This document shows positions 1 to 12,441 of a stretch of DNA of 64,000 bases, piece after piece. Under the pieces are notes generated by a model. The model was given only the letters and a program-made list of their open reading frames with translations. It had not been told where the DNA came from and made no database searches. The stretch comes from Sulfurovum sp. UBA5622 (GTDB lineage Bacteria > Campylobacterota > Campylobacteria > Campylobacterales > Sulfurovaceae), in assembly GCA_002424475.1 (NCBI GenBank), contig DIKI01000001.1, forward strand, positions 141,989-205,988, written 5' to 3'. Made by a program: the position numbers and the translations under genes. The stretch's first letter is position 1. Each line of letters opens with the position of its first letter.

Positions 1-2505
1 GAGCTTAAAAATGCATTTCTTATACTAAAAAAAGCTGTACAAAATGAAGAAAAAACACTTGATGATGTTTTGCACGAAGTATTCGCAATCACAAGAGAAT
101 CTAGTAAAAGAGTGCTCGGTATGCGTCATTTTGATGTGCAGCTTGTTGGAGGTATAGTGCTTCATGAGGGCAATATAGCAGAAATGAAGACGGGGGAAGG
201 AAAAACACTGGTCGCAACTCTGGCGGTGATACTAAACGCTATGAATGGCAAAGGTGTGCATGTCGTTACTGTCAATGATTATCTGGCCAAAAGAGATTCG
301 CATGATATGGGTAGATTGTATGAATTTTTGGGATATACAGTAGGATGCGTAACTAGTGATTTACATGATGAGCTAAGCAGAAAAGCGCAATATGCTGCGG
401 ATATTACATATGGAACAAATAATGAATATGGCTTTGATTACCTCAGAGATAATATGAAGGTCCGAGCGGAAGAAAAAGTCCAAAGAGAACATCACTATGC
501 AATCGTAGATGAAGTTGACTCTATCTTGATCGATGAAGCTAGAACACCTCTTATTATTTCTGGTCCTGCAAAAAGAGATCAACAACATTATGCAACCGCC
601 AATGCAATTGCTCTTCAAATGATAAAAGGCGAAAAAATTGAAACCAAAGCGGGAGAACCAGAGCAAACAACAGGTGATTTTATAGTAGATGAAAAAAATA
701 GAACAATTATTATGACAGAAGATGGACTCCAAAAAGCTCAAGATCTTTTTGATGTAGAAAATCTATATAATCTAGAAAATGCTGCACTTTCTCATCACCT
801 TGATCAAGCACTCAAAGCTCACTATCTTTTTGAAAAAGATGTGGACTATGTAGTCAGAGATAATGAAGTCATAATAGTAGATGAATTTACAGGCAGACTC
901 TCAGAAGGCAGAAGATACAGCGAAGGATTACACCAGGCTATAGAAGCTAAAGAGGGAGTGCGTATTCAAGAAGAGAGCCAAACTCTAGCTGAGATCACTT
1001 ATCAAAACTATTTTAGACTTTATGATAAATTAGCTGGTATGACTGGAACTGCACAAACAGAAGCTAGCGAATTTGCTCAAATCTATAATCTGGATGTTAT
1101 CTCTATTCCTACAAATTTGGATGTTAAAAGAATCGATAAAAATGACCTTATATATAATACAGAACGAGAAAAAGTAGATGCTGTAGTCAAAAAAATAAAA
1201 GAACTTCACGAAAAAGGTCAGCCAATACTTATTGGAACAGCCTCTATTGAAAAGAGTGAGATGATCCATGAAAGACTTAAAAAAGAGAAAATCCCACACA
1301 ATATCCTAAATGCTAAAAATCACGAACAAGAAGCGCAAATTATTATGAATGCCGGGATGAAAGCTGCGGTTACTGTTGCTACAAATATGGCTGGGCGTGG
1401 TGTAGATATTAAAATTACCGATGACGTCAGGGAACTTGGCGGACTCTATATTATTGGTACAGAAAGACACGAAAGCAGAAGAATAGACAATCAGCTTCGC
1501 GGACGAAGTGGAAGACAAGGTGACCCAGGAGAAAGTCAATTTTACCTAAGCTTGGATGATAATTTGCTCAGAATATTTGGCGGCGAAAAAATAAGAAACA
1601 TTATGAATAAGCTTGGTATTCAAGAGGGTGATTTTATAGACTCAAAAATAGTCACGAGAAGTGTAGAAAAAGCACAGAAAAAAGTAGAAAATATGTATTA
1701 TGAATCTCGTAAAAATATACTCGAATACGATGATGTAGCAAATCACCAAAGAAAAGCTATATATGGCTTTAGGAATCAACTTTTGAATCCTGAATTTGAT
1801 ATAAGCTCTAAAATTCATGACAATAGAGTGGAATATATATCACACATTTTGGCTGAGTCTGATATATTTGGGACTGTTAGCAAAGAAGATTTTAACCTAG
1901 ATAAACTAGCATTGTTGCTACAAGAAGAACTAATGCTTATTATAAATAAAGACGAATTAAAAAACAAAACTTATGATGAGATAGCGGATATTATTCTTGA
2001 AAATATGCAAATACAATACGAAGCTAAAATGTCGAATTTCACACCAGAACAAAAAGACGAGATTGAACGAGTATTGTACCTTCAGGTGCTTGACCCGCAA
2101 TGGAGAGAACATCTATACGAGATGGATGTACTCAAAACAGGTATAGGCCTAAGAGGGTATAATCAAAAAGATCCGCTTACTGAATACAAACAAGACAGCT
2201 ATAGACTCTTTGCCGATTTGATACAAAGAATCAAATATGAAGCTGTTAAGATACTTCAATTAGTCCAATTTGATTTTAGCTCACCAGATGAAGAACATGA
2301 AGCTATAGAAGCTATTAAAGATGAATTATCAAGCGATCTGGAATATGCAAAAACAAACAACTATAATGATCAAGAAGATAAAAAACGTTCCCCTATTACA
2401 ACAAATAAAAAACCAAAAAGAAATGATGAATGTCCTTGTGGAAGCGGTAAAAAATATAAAAGTTGTTGCGGACAAAGTGGTCCAAAAAAAGGATTGCTTG
2501 CGTGA
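1..2505 (+). CDS. secA: Preprotein translocase ATPase SecA (N-terminus lies upstream of the window)
   Basis: Frame 1 is open from nt 1 ([11 protein letters not shown]...). Contains MKTGEGKTL Walker [30 protein letters not shown] and the C-terminal zinc motif [14 protein letters not shown]. Confidence 0.97.
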   Translation, partial: ELKNAFLILKKAVQNEEKTLDDVLHEVFAITRESSKRVLGMRHFDVQLVGGIVLHEGNIAEMKTGEGKTLVATLAVILNAMNGKGVHVVTVNDYLAKRDSHDMGRLYEFLGYTVGCVTSDLHDELSRKAQYAADITYGTNNEYGFDYLRDNMKVRAEEKVQREHHYAIVDEVDSILIDEARTPLIISGPAKRDQQHYATANAIALQMIKGEKIETKAGEPEQTTGDFIVDEKNRTIIMTEDGLQKAQDLFDVENLYNLENAALSHHLDQALKAHYLFEKDVDYVVRDNEVIIVDEFTGRLSEGRRYSEGLHQAIEAKEGVRIQEESQTLAEITYQNYFRLYDKLAGMTGTAQTEASEFAQIYNLDVISIPTNLDVKRIDKNDLIYNTEREKVDAVVKKIKELHEKGQPILIGTASIEKSEMIHERLKKEKIPHNILNAKNHEQEAQIIMNAGMKAAVTVATNMAGRGVDIKITDDVRELGGLYIIGTERHESRRIDNQLRGRSGRQGDPGESQFYLSLDDNLLRIFGGEKIRNIMNKLGIQEGDFIDSKIVTRSVEKAQKKVENMYYESRKNILEYDDVANHQRKAIYGFRNQLLNPEFDISSKIHDNRVEYISHILAESDIFGTVSKEDFNLDKLALLLQEELMLIINKDELKNKTYDEIADIILENMQIQYEAKMSNFTPEQKDEIERVLYLQVLDPQWREHLYEMDVLKTGIGLRGYNQKDPLTEYKQDSYRLFADLIQRIKYEAVKILQLVQFDFSSPDEEHEAIEAIKDELSSDLEYAKTNNYNDQEDKKRSPITTNKKPKRNDECPCGSGKKYKSCCGQSGPKKGLLA

Positions 2506-3716
2506 GTCGTGAGACATTTTCCCGTCCTTTTATTCGCACAATAATATCACATTATTTAAAATACGATAAAGAAAATCCGTTTATTTTTATTGCTGCAATA
2601 TTGGCATTTTTGGGTATTGCTGCTGGAGTAATGGTGCTTATGCTTGCCATGGGGATTATGAATGGTACTCAAAAAGAATTTGAAAAAAAACTTTTTGTTA
2701 TGAATTACCCCATGACTATTGTATCTTTCATTCCAAATACATTAAATGACAATTTTATTGCATCATTGCAAAGCAAGTTCCCTGATCTTATTTTCAGCCC
2801 ATATTACTCAACCCAAGTAATAGGCAAAAATGATACTCTAGTACAAGGCAGCCTTCTTTATGGTGTGGATTTTGCAAAAGAAAGTCGTATCAATCCTATT
2901 TTTGCAAAATCAAAAAGCACTGCTGATATACCATTTAAAGTTGTAATAGGAGATGGACTGGCAAGTGATATGAATATTTCAACCGGCAACAAAATAACTC
3001 TATATTTTTCTGAACAACAAGCTATCGGATTTACTACAATGCCACTACAAAAACGCTTTATGGTAGATGGTGTATTTAAAAGCGGATTAAAAATCTATGA
3101 TAAAGCTATTATATATACAACACTAGAAGCTTTTGAGAGACTTCTAGATAGACAAAAGGGGGTATATGATGGGGTACATATATATGCCAAAGACCCCATG
3201 AAAAGTATTAAAAATATAGAACCATTGCTTCCAGAGGGTGTAGTCATTGAAGGATGGTGGCAACAAAACGGCAACTTTTTTGCTGCCATGGAAATGGAAA
3301 AGAAAGCTCTTTTTTTGGTGCTTTTATTAATAATATTAGTAGCTTCGCTCAATATTATCTCTTCACTCTTAATGACAGTTATGAGCAGAAGAAGCGAAAT
3401 AGCACTAATGCGTACTCTCGGGGCCACCAAAGCTGAGATCAGGGCTATATTTTTTCGTTTAGGGCTTATCATAGGGGTTGCTGGTGTAATTACCGGAACA
3501 ATTTTGGGTCTTGTCGGCAAATGGGTTCTGCAAACTTTTGATATCATAACTTTACCTGAAGATGTATACGGCACAACCAAATTGCCAATAGATATGACAT
3601 TTGGTGATTATGGAATGATCGTACTTGGAACGTGCATCATAATACTCATATCTTCACTTTATCCAGCCAAGAAAGCTTCCGAAACAAATCCTTTGACTGC
3701 ACTAAGAAACGAGTAA
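2502..3716 (+). CDS. LolC/LolE-like lipoprotein-release ABC permease (FtsX/MacB-type)
   Basis: N-terminal TM ([29 protein letters not shown]), large periplasmic loop and three C-terminal TMs. Start placed at GTG 2502 (GTGA overlap with the secA stop); ATG 2463 is the alternative. Confidence 0.8.
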   Translation: MSRETFSRPFIRTIISHYLKYDKENPFIFIAAILAFLGIAAGVMVLMLAMGIMNGTQKEFEKKLFVMNYPMTIVSFIPNTLNDNFIASLQSKFPDLIFSPYYSTQVIGKNDTLVQGSLLYGVDFAKESRINPIFAKSKSTADIPFKVVIGDGLASDMNISTGNKITLYFSEQQAIGFTTMPLQKRFMVDGVFKSGLKIYDKAIIYTTLEAFERLLDRQKGVYDGVHIYAKDPMKSIKNIEPLLPEGVVIEGWWQQNGNFFAAMEMEKKALFLVLLLIILVASLNIISSLLMTVMSRRSEIALMRTLGATKAEIRAIFFRLGLIIGVAGVITGTILGLVGKWVLQTFDIITLPEDVYGTTKLPIDMTFGDYGMIVLGTCIIILISSLYPAKKASETNPLTALRNE

Positions 3717-3726
3717 AACTAAATAT

Positions 3727-4719
3727 ATGAAAAAAAATAAAGAAATTAATCGTAGCTATAAAAAAAATAACAATAGAAATCATTTCAAATATTTCTATAT
3801 TGTTACAACTATATTTTTTAGTTTTATTTTAACATTTATATACTATCTGTATATGCCTATAGATACACCAAAAAAAGCAAAAATTCCATCTGGCAGCATT
3901 TCTCATGTCATGTCAGAACTAGACAAACAAGGGTTTGAAGTTAGTTTTATAGATAGATATATACTTTATTTTATGGGCAAACCTAAAGCCGGTGTCATTG
4001 ATTTTGGAGACAAAAAAAGTATAAGTCGTTTAGATTTTCTTCATCAAATCATAAATTTTTCTCCATCTCATACTCCCAATCAGATTACTCTTATCCCAGG
4101 AGAGACGCTAGAAATATTTTTTGAAGAAATTGCTGCACAAACTGAACTAAATAAAACTCTTCTTTTTGATGAATACAAAAAGTTATCTCCTTATCCTGAA
4201 GCTGGAATATCGGCTGATACATATTTTGTGTCAGACAATATGAATGAAAAACAGCTCATAGGATTTTTAATTAAAGAATCAGAAGCAAAATATTCAAAAC
4301 TTGCCAAAAAATACCAAGGTTCATATAATACAAAAGATTGGCAGCGTATACTCACAATTGCATCTATAATACAAAAAGAAGCAGCAAACACAAAAGAGAT
4401 GCCATTAATCGCTTCGGTAATTTACAATAGACTTGCAAAAAAAATGAAATTACAGATGGATGGTACACTAAATTACGGTAAATATTCTCATATTAAAGTA
4501 ACGCCTGAGCGAATACAAAATGATACTAGCAGCTTCAATACTTACAAAAATTACGGTTTACCTGATTCTCCAATTGGGGCTGTATCGCCAGAAGCAATAG
4601 ATGCTGCTATCAATCCGGCCAAAACAAATTATCTATATTTCGTTAAAAATTCCAGTGGAACTCATACATTTAGCAGTGATTTTGAAACCCACAGAAAAGC
4701 TATAGAATCAGGCAATTAA
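3727..4719 (+). CDS. mltG: Endolytic murein transglycosylase MltG (YceG-like)
   Basis: Basic N-terminus plus one TM anchor. YceG-type motifs ASIIQKEA and NTYKNYGLPDSPIGAVS. Confidence 0.88.
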   Translation: MKKNKEINRSYKKNNNRNHFKYFYIVTTIFFSFILTFIYYLYMPIDTPKKAKIPSGSISHVMSELDKQGFEVSFIDRYILYFMGKPKAGVIDFGDKKSISRLDFLHQIINFSPSHTPNQITLIPGETLEIFFEEIAAQTELNKTLLFDEYKKLSPYPEAGISADTYFVSDNMNEKQLIGFLIKESEAKYSKLAKKYQGSYNTKDWQRILTIASIIQKEAANTKEMPLIASVIYNRLAKKMKLQMDGTLNYGKYSHIKVTPERIQNDTSSFNTYKNYGLPDSPIGAVSPEAIDAAINPAKTNYLYFVKNSSGTHTFSSDFETHRKAIESGN

Positions 4720-5609
4720 ATACACATGATCCATTTTTGAAAATCTTGCAAGTCAAACAAAAAAAGATTTTTATCCTTCATTGCCAATAATTCGCCAGAA
4801 AAACCTTGTTTTGAAAAAAGCACCCAATATGTTGCAGGCAATCCAGATTGTGATGCTTTTAATTTTAACTTTGTGAGTTCATTTTTGCATACTTTTCTAT
4901 CTTTATATTTGCATTCAGCAATAATCATCTCTTTTTTGTCGGTTATTGCAACTATGTCAAATTCGTTATCCCTATCCCAATAACTTCCAGAAAAAACAAT
5001 ATGAATTTTATGTGCTTCAAAATATTCGCACAAAAGCTCATTTGAAAGCTGTTCAAATATCAAACTTCTCAAGCGCTCATAATGAGCCTTAAAATATTCT
5101 ATAAATCTTATGGTATCGCCTCTTTCAAGAGAACTTCTAAAAGGCTCTACGAAACCAAACCAAAATCTAAAAAAAGGTATGTTAAATCTCAATTTATCTT
5201 GGATACGATATTTTCTTGATACATTAAGAGCCAATTCGGTAGAAGCTTCTAGACGAATTACTCCCAAATTTGTCAAATCTTTTACTATCTTTTCCCCTAC
5301 TGTTTCACTTAAATTCGCTTTTTTTAATGCACTATATATTTTGCCGTCTCCTCTGGCAATAGCCATCAATACTTCACGATAAGGACTTTCCAAGAGATAA
5401 GATGGGGCAATAAGTGATTGAAAGAAAGGAAAATTAGATATAAATTTTGTCTCTATGAGTTCAAAGAGTGTATCAAAATAATCAAACTCTATAGTTTGAT
5501 CCGCACCTCCAAAAATAGCAAAATAATCAATTAATTGCTCAAAATCCAAATGAGCATAATCATCGCAAAAAGATTGTAATAGTGTTTTGATGTCCAGCCT
5601 TAATATCAA
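4716..5609 (-). CDS. DUF234-like protein with a PD-(D/E)xK-like C-terminal core and no ATPase domain
   Basis: C-terminal EFDIVAITDKKEMIIAECKYK resembles the D...ExK nuclease-fold core of DUF234 proteins. No Walker A anywhere in the 297 aa. Convergent 4-nt overlap with mltG. Confidence 0.55.
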   Translation of the reverse strand: MILRLDIKTLLQSFCDDYAHLDFEQLIDYFAIFGGADQTIEFDYFDTLFELIETKFISNFPFFQSLIAPSYLLESPYREVLMAIARGDGKIYSALKKANLSETVGEKIVKDLTNLGVIRLEASTELALNVSRKYRIQDKLRFNIPFFRFWFGFVEPFRSSLERGDTIRFIEYFKAHYERLRSLIFEQLSNELLCEYFEAHKIHIVFSGSYWDRDNEFDIVAITDKKEMIIAECKYKDRKVCKNELTKLKLKASQSGLPATYWVLFSKQGFSGELLAMKDKNLFLFDLQDFQKWIMCI

Positions 5610-5695
5610 AAATATCAGATATTATTTTAACATATTTTTGCTATAATTGCTTTAGATTATATTGATGTTTTTTTCATCAATTTTTATGAGAAAAT

Positions 5696-6442
5696 TTGGG
5701 CAAGGAGAAGATAGAATTGTTTTATAGTACATCTACAAAAATACAATATATTACAAAAGGCTTAGAACTTGGCAAATCACTTTTTGTATCATCACTCTTG
5801 ATCGGAGAAGCAAATATAGGAAAAAAATCTCTTGTCAAATCTATTTTTCCTGAAGCACCATGGGTGGATGGGCGAGATATGATTAAACTAAAACAAGCCC
5901 TTAAAGAACATAATGAACTTATAATTTGTAATTTTGAACTTTATGGTGACTACAATATCAATGATTTTAATGGCAAAAGAATAATTGCCATAAGTGATGC
6001 AACCTACTTTCCTGCACACATTGATTCTCTTTTTGCATTTATATACACTGTGCCATCATTAAAAGAACGGCCCGAAGATATCAAATATCTTGGTGATATT
6101 TTTTTTAAAGAAGCTAAATCTACCTTTATGACAGAAGATATATTGCCATTAGACCTAAAAGATATAGATCTAACTTACAATACAAAATCCCTAAAAAAAG
6201 CTATTTTTGAACATCAAATATATAATACTATTACCCCAGATAAAATAGAACAAATACTATATAATTATTTTGAAAAAGAACTCGGCGGCAATAATGACTA
6301 CGCAAAATATCTTCCTATTTTTGAAAATCCACTTATTAAGGCTGGATTGGCAAAGTTTGGATCCCAGCTAAAATTATCTAGCATACTTGGTATCAATAGA
6401 AATACATTAAGAAAAAAGGTATATGAACTTGGAATCAATTGA
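5696..6442 (+). CDS. Degenerate sigma54-activator (bEBP)-like protein with Fis-type C-terminal HTH
   Basis: Walker-A-like LIGEANIGKKS, RIIAISD, PSLKERPEDIKYLGDIFF (compare PLRERxEDI) and C-terminal HTH SSILGINRNTLRKKVYELGI. No GAFTGA loop, no receiver domain. Non-ATG start: TTG 5696, or TTG 5717 preceded by AAGGAG. Confidence 0.65.
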   Translation: MGKEKIELFYSTSTKIQYITKGLELGKSLFVSSLLIGEANIGKKSLVKSIFPEAPWVDGRDMIKLKQALKEHNELIICNFELYGDYNINDFNGKRIIAISDATYFPAHIDSLFAFIYTVPSLKERPEDIKYLGDIFFKEAKSTFMTEDILPLDLKDIDLTYNTKSLKKAIFEHQIYNTITPDKIEQILYNYFEKELGGNNDYAKYLPIFENPLIKAGLAKFGSQLKLSSILGINRNTLRKKVYELGIN

Positions 6443-7124
6443 TTTTAAACTTTTTGTAGAAGTTGATAATAACCCATTTATACTATTTGATGCATCTGGG
6501 CATATTTTATATTTAAATAACGCTGCAGAGATGCTATTATGCTATGTTAGCACCAAAGAGCTTTATGATCTAGCGCTTACATATGCTCCAAAAACCTTTG
6601 GACACAAAAGTACTATACATTCTTTAGAATATGAATCGTTTTCGTTTTATTCTCTTATGGTAGGGTATGAAACAGATGAGCAGATTTATCTAAGATTATA
6701 CAACAAACCTCTTGTGCAAACCAAGATAAGTATTAGCAATGAATCTCTCATTCCTACAGATATAAATACTCTATTAGAAGCCAATATAACACTATTTCAA
6801 CTAGAAAGTAATGCTAGTATATCTTTGTTTGTTGATCAAGAGCTCCCAGCATTCAAGCTTGACCAAAATTATTTTTCAATAATGCTGCGAAAAGCATTGA
6901 GTTCATTTGTAAACTCTCCATCGCTAAATGTGATACTCAAGCTAGTTGTTGGGGAGTATATATTGATCGATGATAAAAAACATCAAATGATAGAGCTTAT
7001 CTTAAAAGCCCCAAAAAGAACGGTTGACTATGATGAAGAGATCAACCAATTGGCAAATCAAACACACATAGCATCTTCTCTAAAGCCAGAAACAATTAAA
7101 TTTCAAATTCCACTTATCATATAA
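6423..7124 (+). CDS. PAS-domain protein with degenerate GHKL (pseudo-histidine-kinase) C-terminus
   Basis: N-terminal PAS-like NPFILFDASGHILYLNNAAEMLL. The C-terminal half is laid out like an HATPase_c domain, but the N-box Asn and G-boxes are missing and there is no H-box. Overlaps the upstream gene by 20 nt. Confidence 0.5.
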   Translation: MNLESIDFKLFVEVDNNPFILFDASGHILYLNNAAEMLLCYVSTKELYDLALTYAPKTFGHKSTIHSLEYESFSFYSLMVGYETDEQIYLRLYNKPLVQTKISISNESLIPTDINTLLEANITLFQLESNASISLFVDQELPAFKLDQNYFSIMLRKALSSFVNSPSLNVILKLVVGEYILIDDKKHQMIELILKAPKRTVDYDEEINQLANQTHIASSLKPETIKFQIPLII

Positions 7125-7211
7125 TTGCCTATTTTTTAATCACTATGTAGTATTATAAGTATGCAAATAATTGTTATTATCTACTTGTAATTCAACTACA
7201 AAGGAAACAAG

Positions 7212-8931
<1,720 letters not shown>

Positions 8932-8946
8932 TTTCATTTTTTATAG

Positions 8947-8974
8947 ATTGTGAGACTTACAAAAGTCTCACAAT
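8947..8974 (+). terminator. Hairpin downstream of glnK
   Basis: Perfect 10-bp stem ATTGTGAGAC / GTCTCACAAT with an 8-nt loop, 16 nt after the glnK stop. The downstream T-tract is weak. Confidence 0.55.
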
Positions 8975-9129
8975 GGCATAATTTCTCGTTAAAATAAAAC
9001 AAAAATCCATTTTAAAAAAATGCAACACAAGCAGTTATTCATACCTCTATAAATCCAAAATATTTCATTTCACACTCATATAAAATAGGATACAATAACA
9101 TATATATTTACCAAAAGGAAAAATACTTT

Positions 9130-9576
9130 ATGAAAGTACTACTTATTAAAGAAGTAAAAACGTTAGGAAAAGCTGGAGAGATCAAAGAAGTCAAAGATGG
9201 TTATGGTCAAAACTTCCTGATCAACAAAGGACTTGCCAAGTTAGCTACTCCAGAGGTAATATCCAATTGGCAAGAAGAGCAAGCATTGATGGCTTTGAGA
9301 GAAAAAGAAGAGATCGCAAGACTCACAAACGAAAAAAATGCACTCGAATCAAAGCATATCATTATCAAAAAACATACTGCACCTGTAGGTATCCAAGGCT
9401 CAGTTGGCAATACAGATATCTCATCTGCAATAAACGAACAGTTTGGTTTTGCTATAGATAAAAAAAATATTCATCTTAATAAAGCTATCAAATCTACAGG
9501 CATTCATGAAGTAGATGCAAAACTTGGGCATGGGATTCATGCAAATCTAAAAGTAGAAGTAATAGGAATTGAATAA
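9130..9576 (+). CDS. rplI: 50S ribosomal protein L9
   Basis: [31 protein letters not shown] is the canonical L9 N-terminus; 148 aa. Confidence 0.95.
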   Translation: MKVLLIKEVKTLGKAGEIKEVKDGYGQNFLINKGLAKLATPEVISNWQEEQALMALREKEEIARLTNEKNALESKHIIIKKHTAPVGIQGSVGNTDISSAINEQFGFAIDKKNIHLNKAIKSTGIHEVDAKLGHGIHANLKVEVIGIE

Positions 9577-10106
9577 TGTTTGAAGCAACTACCATACTTG
9601 CCTATAAAGCACATGACAAGGCGGTAATCGGGGGAGATGGTCAAGTAACTTTTGGCAATACTGTTCTTAAAGGCAATGCAACCAAAATTCGTACTCTATA
9701 TGAAGGTAAAATTTTAGCAGGATTTGCTGGAAGTACTGCAGATGCATTTACACTTTTTGATATGTTTGAAACTATTCTTAGCGAAAAAAAGGGTGACTTA
9801 TTTCGTTCAGTCATTGCATTTTCAAAATTATGGCGCAGAGATAAGCAATTAAGACAATTAGAAGCCATGATGCTTGTTCTTGATCGAAAACATTTATTTA
9901 TCTTAAGCGGAAACGGAGATGTTGTCGAACCGGAAGATGGGGTAATAGCTGCAATTGGAAGTGGTGGAACATATGCCCTCTCAGCTGCTAGAGCTCTACG
10001 CAAACATGCTTCACTAGATGCTACAGAGCTAGTCAAAGAATCTCTCCAAATAGCTGGCGAACTATGCATCTATACCAATACAAACATAACCACCCTGGAG
10101 TTATAA
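9576..10106 (+). CDS. hslV: ATP-dependent protease subunit HslV
   Basis: TTILAYK...[23 protein letters not shown] and [14 protein letters not shown] motifs. 1-nt overlap with the rplI stop. Confidence 0.96.
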   Translation: MFEATTILAYKAHDKAVIGGDGQVTFGNTVLKGNATKIRTLYEGKILAGFAGSTADAFTLFDMFETILSEKKGDLFRSVIAFSKLWRRDKQLRQLEAMMLVLDRKHLFILSGNGDVVEPEDGVIAAIGSGGTYALSAARALRKHASLDATELVKESLQIAGELCIYTNTNITTLEL

Positions 10107-11455
10107 TGAGATATGACACTATAGAACATCTCACTCCGAAAGAGATCGTAAGCTATCTAGATAAGTATGTAATAGACCAAAATGATGCAAAAAAAACCAT
10201 TGCAATTGCTCTAAGAAATCGCTATAGACGCATGCAACTTCCAGAAGAATTACAACAAGATATTGTGCCAAAAAACATTCTCATGATCGGAAGTACGGGT
10301 GTAGGTAAAACCGAAATAGCTAGACGCTTGGCTCAAATGATGCAACTTCCTTTTATAAAAGTAGAAGCCAGCAAATACACCGAGGTTGGTTTTGTAGGAC
10401 GAGATGTAGAATCCATGATAAGAGATTTGGCAAATATTGGACTGCAACTCACTAGAGAAAGCGAAAATGAGAAAAACAGAGACAAAATAGAACAATACAT
10501 TGAAGACAAAATATTGGAAAAACTGCTCCCGCATATTCCAGATAGTTCAAGTGAGCAAAAAAAAGAAGAATATATATCTACGCTTGAAAAAATGCGCCAA
10601 AAATTTAGAAATGGAGAAATGGATAATCTCAAAATAAGCATAGAGATGCCACCAAGCAGCACTATAAGTGGAATGGATGATATGCTGCCTCCTCAAATGA
10701 TCAGTGTGCAAGAATCTATAGTCAAAGTATTGGGTGGGGTTAATAAAAAAGGTCCCATAAGAGAAATCAGTGTCAAAGAAGCTAAAAAAATCCTTCAAAA
10801 TGAAGCTAGCAATAATATTCTAAATGAAGATGAAATTAAAGCATTGGCGCTTGAAAAAGTAGAAAAAGGCGGCATTGTTTTTATTGATGAAATAGACAAG
10901 ATAGCCGTATCGTCTAGCTCCAGCAGCAGACAAGACCCTAGTAAAGAAGGTGTACAAAGAGATTTGTTGCCCATAGTAGAGGGTTCTACGGTGAACACCA
11001 AAATCGGTATGGTTAAAACCGATCATATTTTATTTATAGCTGCAGGTGCATTTCATGTCAGCAAACCAAGCGATTTATTGCCGGAATTACAAGGCAGATT
11101 TCCTTTGAGAGTAGAACTTAATGGACTAAATGAAGATGTGCTTTATCGTATACTCACTGAACCAGCAAACTCTCTAATAAAACAATATCAAGCACTGCTT
11201 GGAGTCGAAGGTATGAAACTGATATTTGACGATGAAGCACTAAAAGCCATGGCTCATTATGCATTTTTAGCAAATGAAAAATCAGAAGACATTGGTGCTA
11301 GAAGACTTCATACTATCATAGAAAAAGTACTTGAAGATATTAGTTTCGAAGCTGATGAATACAAGGGCAAAGAAGTAATTATATCAAACGATGATGTAAC
11401 GCAAAAAGTTGCTGATATTATCAAGGATGAAGATGCAACAAATTACATTTTATAA
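10106..11455 (+). CDS. hslU: ATP-dependent protease ATPase subunit HslU
   Basis: LTPKEIVSYLDKYVIDQ, Walker A GSTGVGKTEIARRLA, Walker B GIVFIDEIDKI. Start placed at ATG 10106 (TAATG junction with hslV); the track ORF begins further upstream, inside hslV. Confidence 0.95.
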   Translation: MRYDTIEHLTPKEIVSYLDKYVIDQNDAKKTIAIALRNRYRRMQLPEELQQDIVPKNILMIGSTGVGKTEIARRLAQMMQLPFIKVEASKYTEVGFVGRDVESMIRDLANIGLQLTRESENEKNRDKIEQYIEDKILEKLLPHIPDSSSEQKKEEYISTLEKMRQKFRNGEMDNLKISIEMPPSSTISGMDDMLPPQMISVQESIVKVLGGVNKKGPIREISVKEAKKILQNEASNNILNEDEIKALALEKVEKGGIVFIDEIDKIAVSSSSSSRQDPSKEGVQRDLLPIVEGSTVNTKIGMVKTDHILFIAAGAFHVSKPSDLLPELQGRFPLRVELNGLNEDVLYRILTEPANSLIKQYQALLGVEGMKLIFDDEALKAMAHYAFLANEKSEDIGARRLHTIIEKVLEDISFEADEYKGKEVIISNDDVTQKVADIIKDEDATNYIL

Positions 11456-11463
11456 GGATTACA

Positions 11464-12348
11464 GTGGCAAATAGAGCTGGATTTATAGCAGTTATTGGAC
11501 GACCAAATGCAGGCAAAAGTACACTACTTAATTACCTGGTTGGTGAAAGAGTTGCTATGGTTTCAAAAAAAGCCCAAGCTACAAGAAAACGGATGCAAAT
11601 CATAGTGATGCATGAAGAATCACAACTTATATTTGTAGATACTCCCGGTATTCATGAAAAAGAAAAACTTATCAATCAATTTATGATGCAAGAAGCGCTA
11701 AAAGCGATGGGAGATAGTGATATCATGCTTTTTACTGCTCCAGCAAGCGATTCAACGGCAGAATATGAAAAATTTTTGAAATTAAATGAGTCAAAAAAAC
11801 GCAAACATCTAATAGTATTGACGAAAATAGACCAAATTTCACAAGCTAAACTTTTACAAACACTTCAAAATTATCAAAAATTCCAAGAACATTTCGAAGC
11901 TATTATCCCATTTTCAGTAAATAAAAATGTAGGTAGAGATGATTTACTCCGTACTATAGCCAGATACCTTCCGGAGCATCCTTGGCTATATGACCCAGAG
12001 CTTTTGACCACCGAACATATAAGATCAATATATAAAGAATTTATAAGAGAATCGATCTTTGAAAATATGAGCGATGAAATACCATACGAAAGTGATGTTC
12101 TCATAGAAAAAATTGACGAACAAGAGACCATAGACCGCATAATGGCCACTATTGTAGTAGAAAAAGAGGTTCAAAAAAAGATGATTATAGGCAAGCATGG
12201 AGAAGCTATAAAAAGAATCGGTATATACGCAAGAAAAAACATAGAGAAATTTGCCGCAAAAAAAATACATATAGAACTTTTTGTAAGCGTAAAAAGTGGA
12301 TGGAGTAAAAACAAAGACGAATTGGAGCATTTTGGATATATTATATAA
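11464..12348 (+). CDS. era: GTPase Era
   Basis: G1 GRPNAGKST, G3 DTPG, G4 TKID, C-terminal KH domain (KKMIIGKHGEAIKRIG). GTG start. Confidence 0.94.
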   Translation: MANRAGFIAVIGRPNAGKSTLLNYLVGERVAMVSKKAQATRKRMQIIVMHEESQLIFVDTPGIHEKEKLINQFMMQEALKAMGDSDIMLFTAPASDSTAEYEKFLKLNESKKRKHLIVLTKIDQISQAKLLQTLQNYQKFQEHFEAIIPFSVNKNVGRDDLLRTIARYLPEHPWLYDPELLTTEHIRSIYKEFIRESIFENMSDEIPYESDVLIEKIDEQETIDRIMATIVVEKEVQKKMIIGKHGEAIKRIGIYARKNIEKFAAKKIHIELFVSVKSGWSKNKDELEHFGYII

Positions 12349-12441
12349 AATATATCTATATTTAAAAACATTAAAAATTAATATTTGTTTAATATTATAA
12401 AATGTAAAATTAACTTCATAGAAGAAGTCAAAGAGGTCCAA

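Noticed and set aside
2321-2517. Two ~62-aa ORFs (one on each strand) at the secA 3' end
   Set aside because: Both lie inside the Lys-rich secA tail, and the secA frame is unambiguous.
7125-7211. Looked for a sigma54 (GG-N10-GC) promoter or NtrC-type palindromes upstream of amtB
   Set aside because: No GG...TTGC spacing present. The only feature is a weak 5-bp-arm inverted repeat (TTGTA...TACAA).
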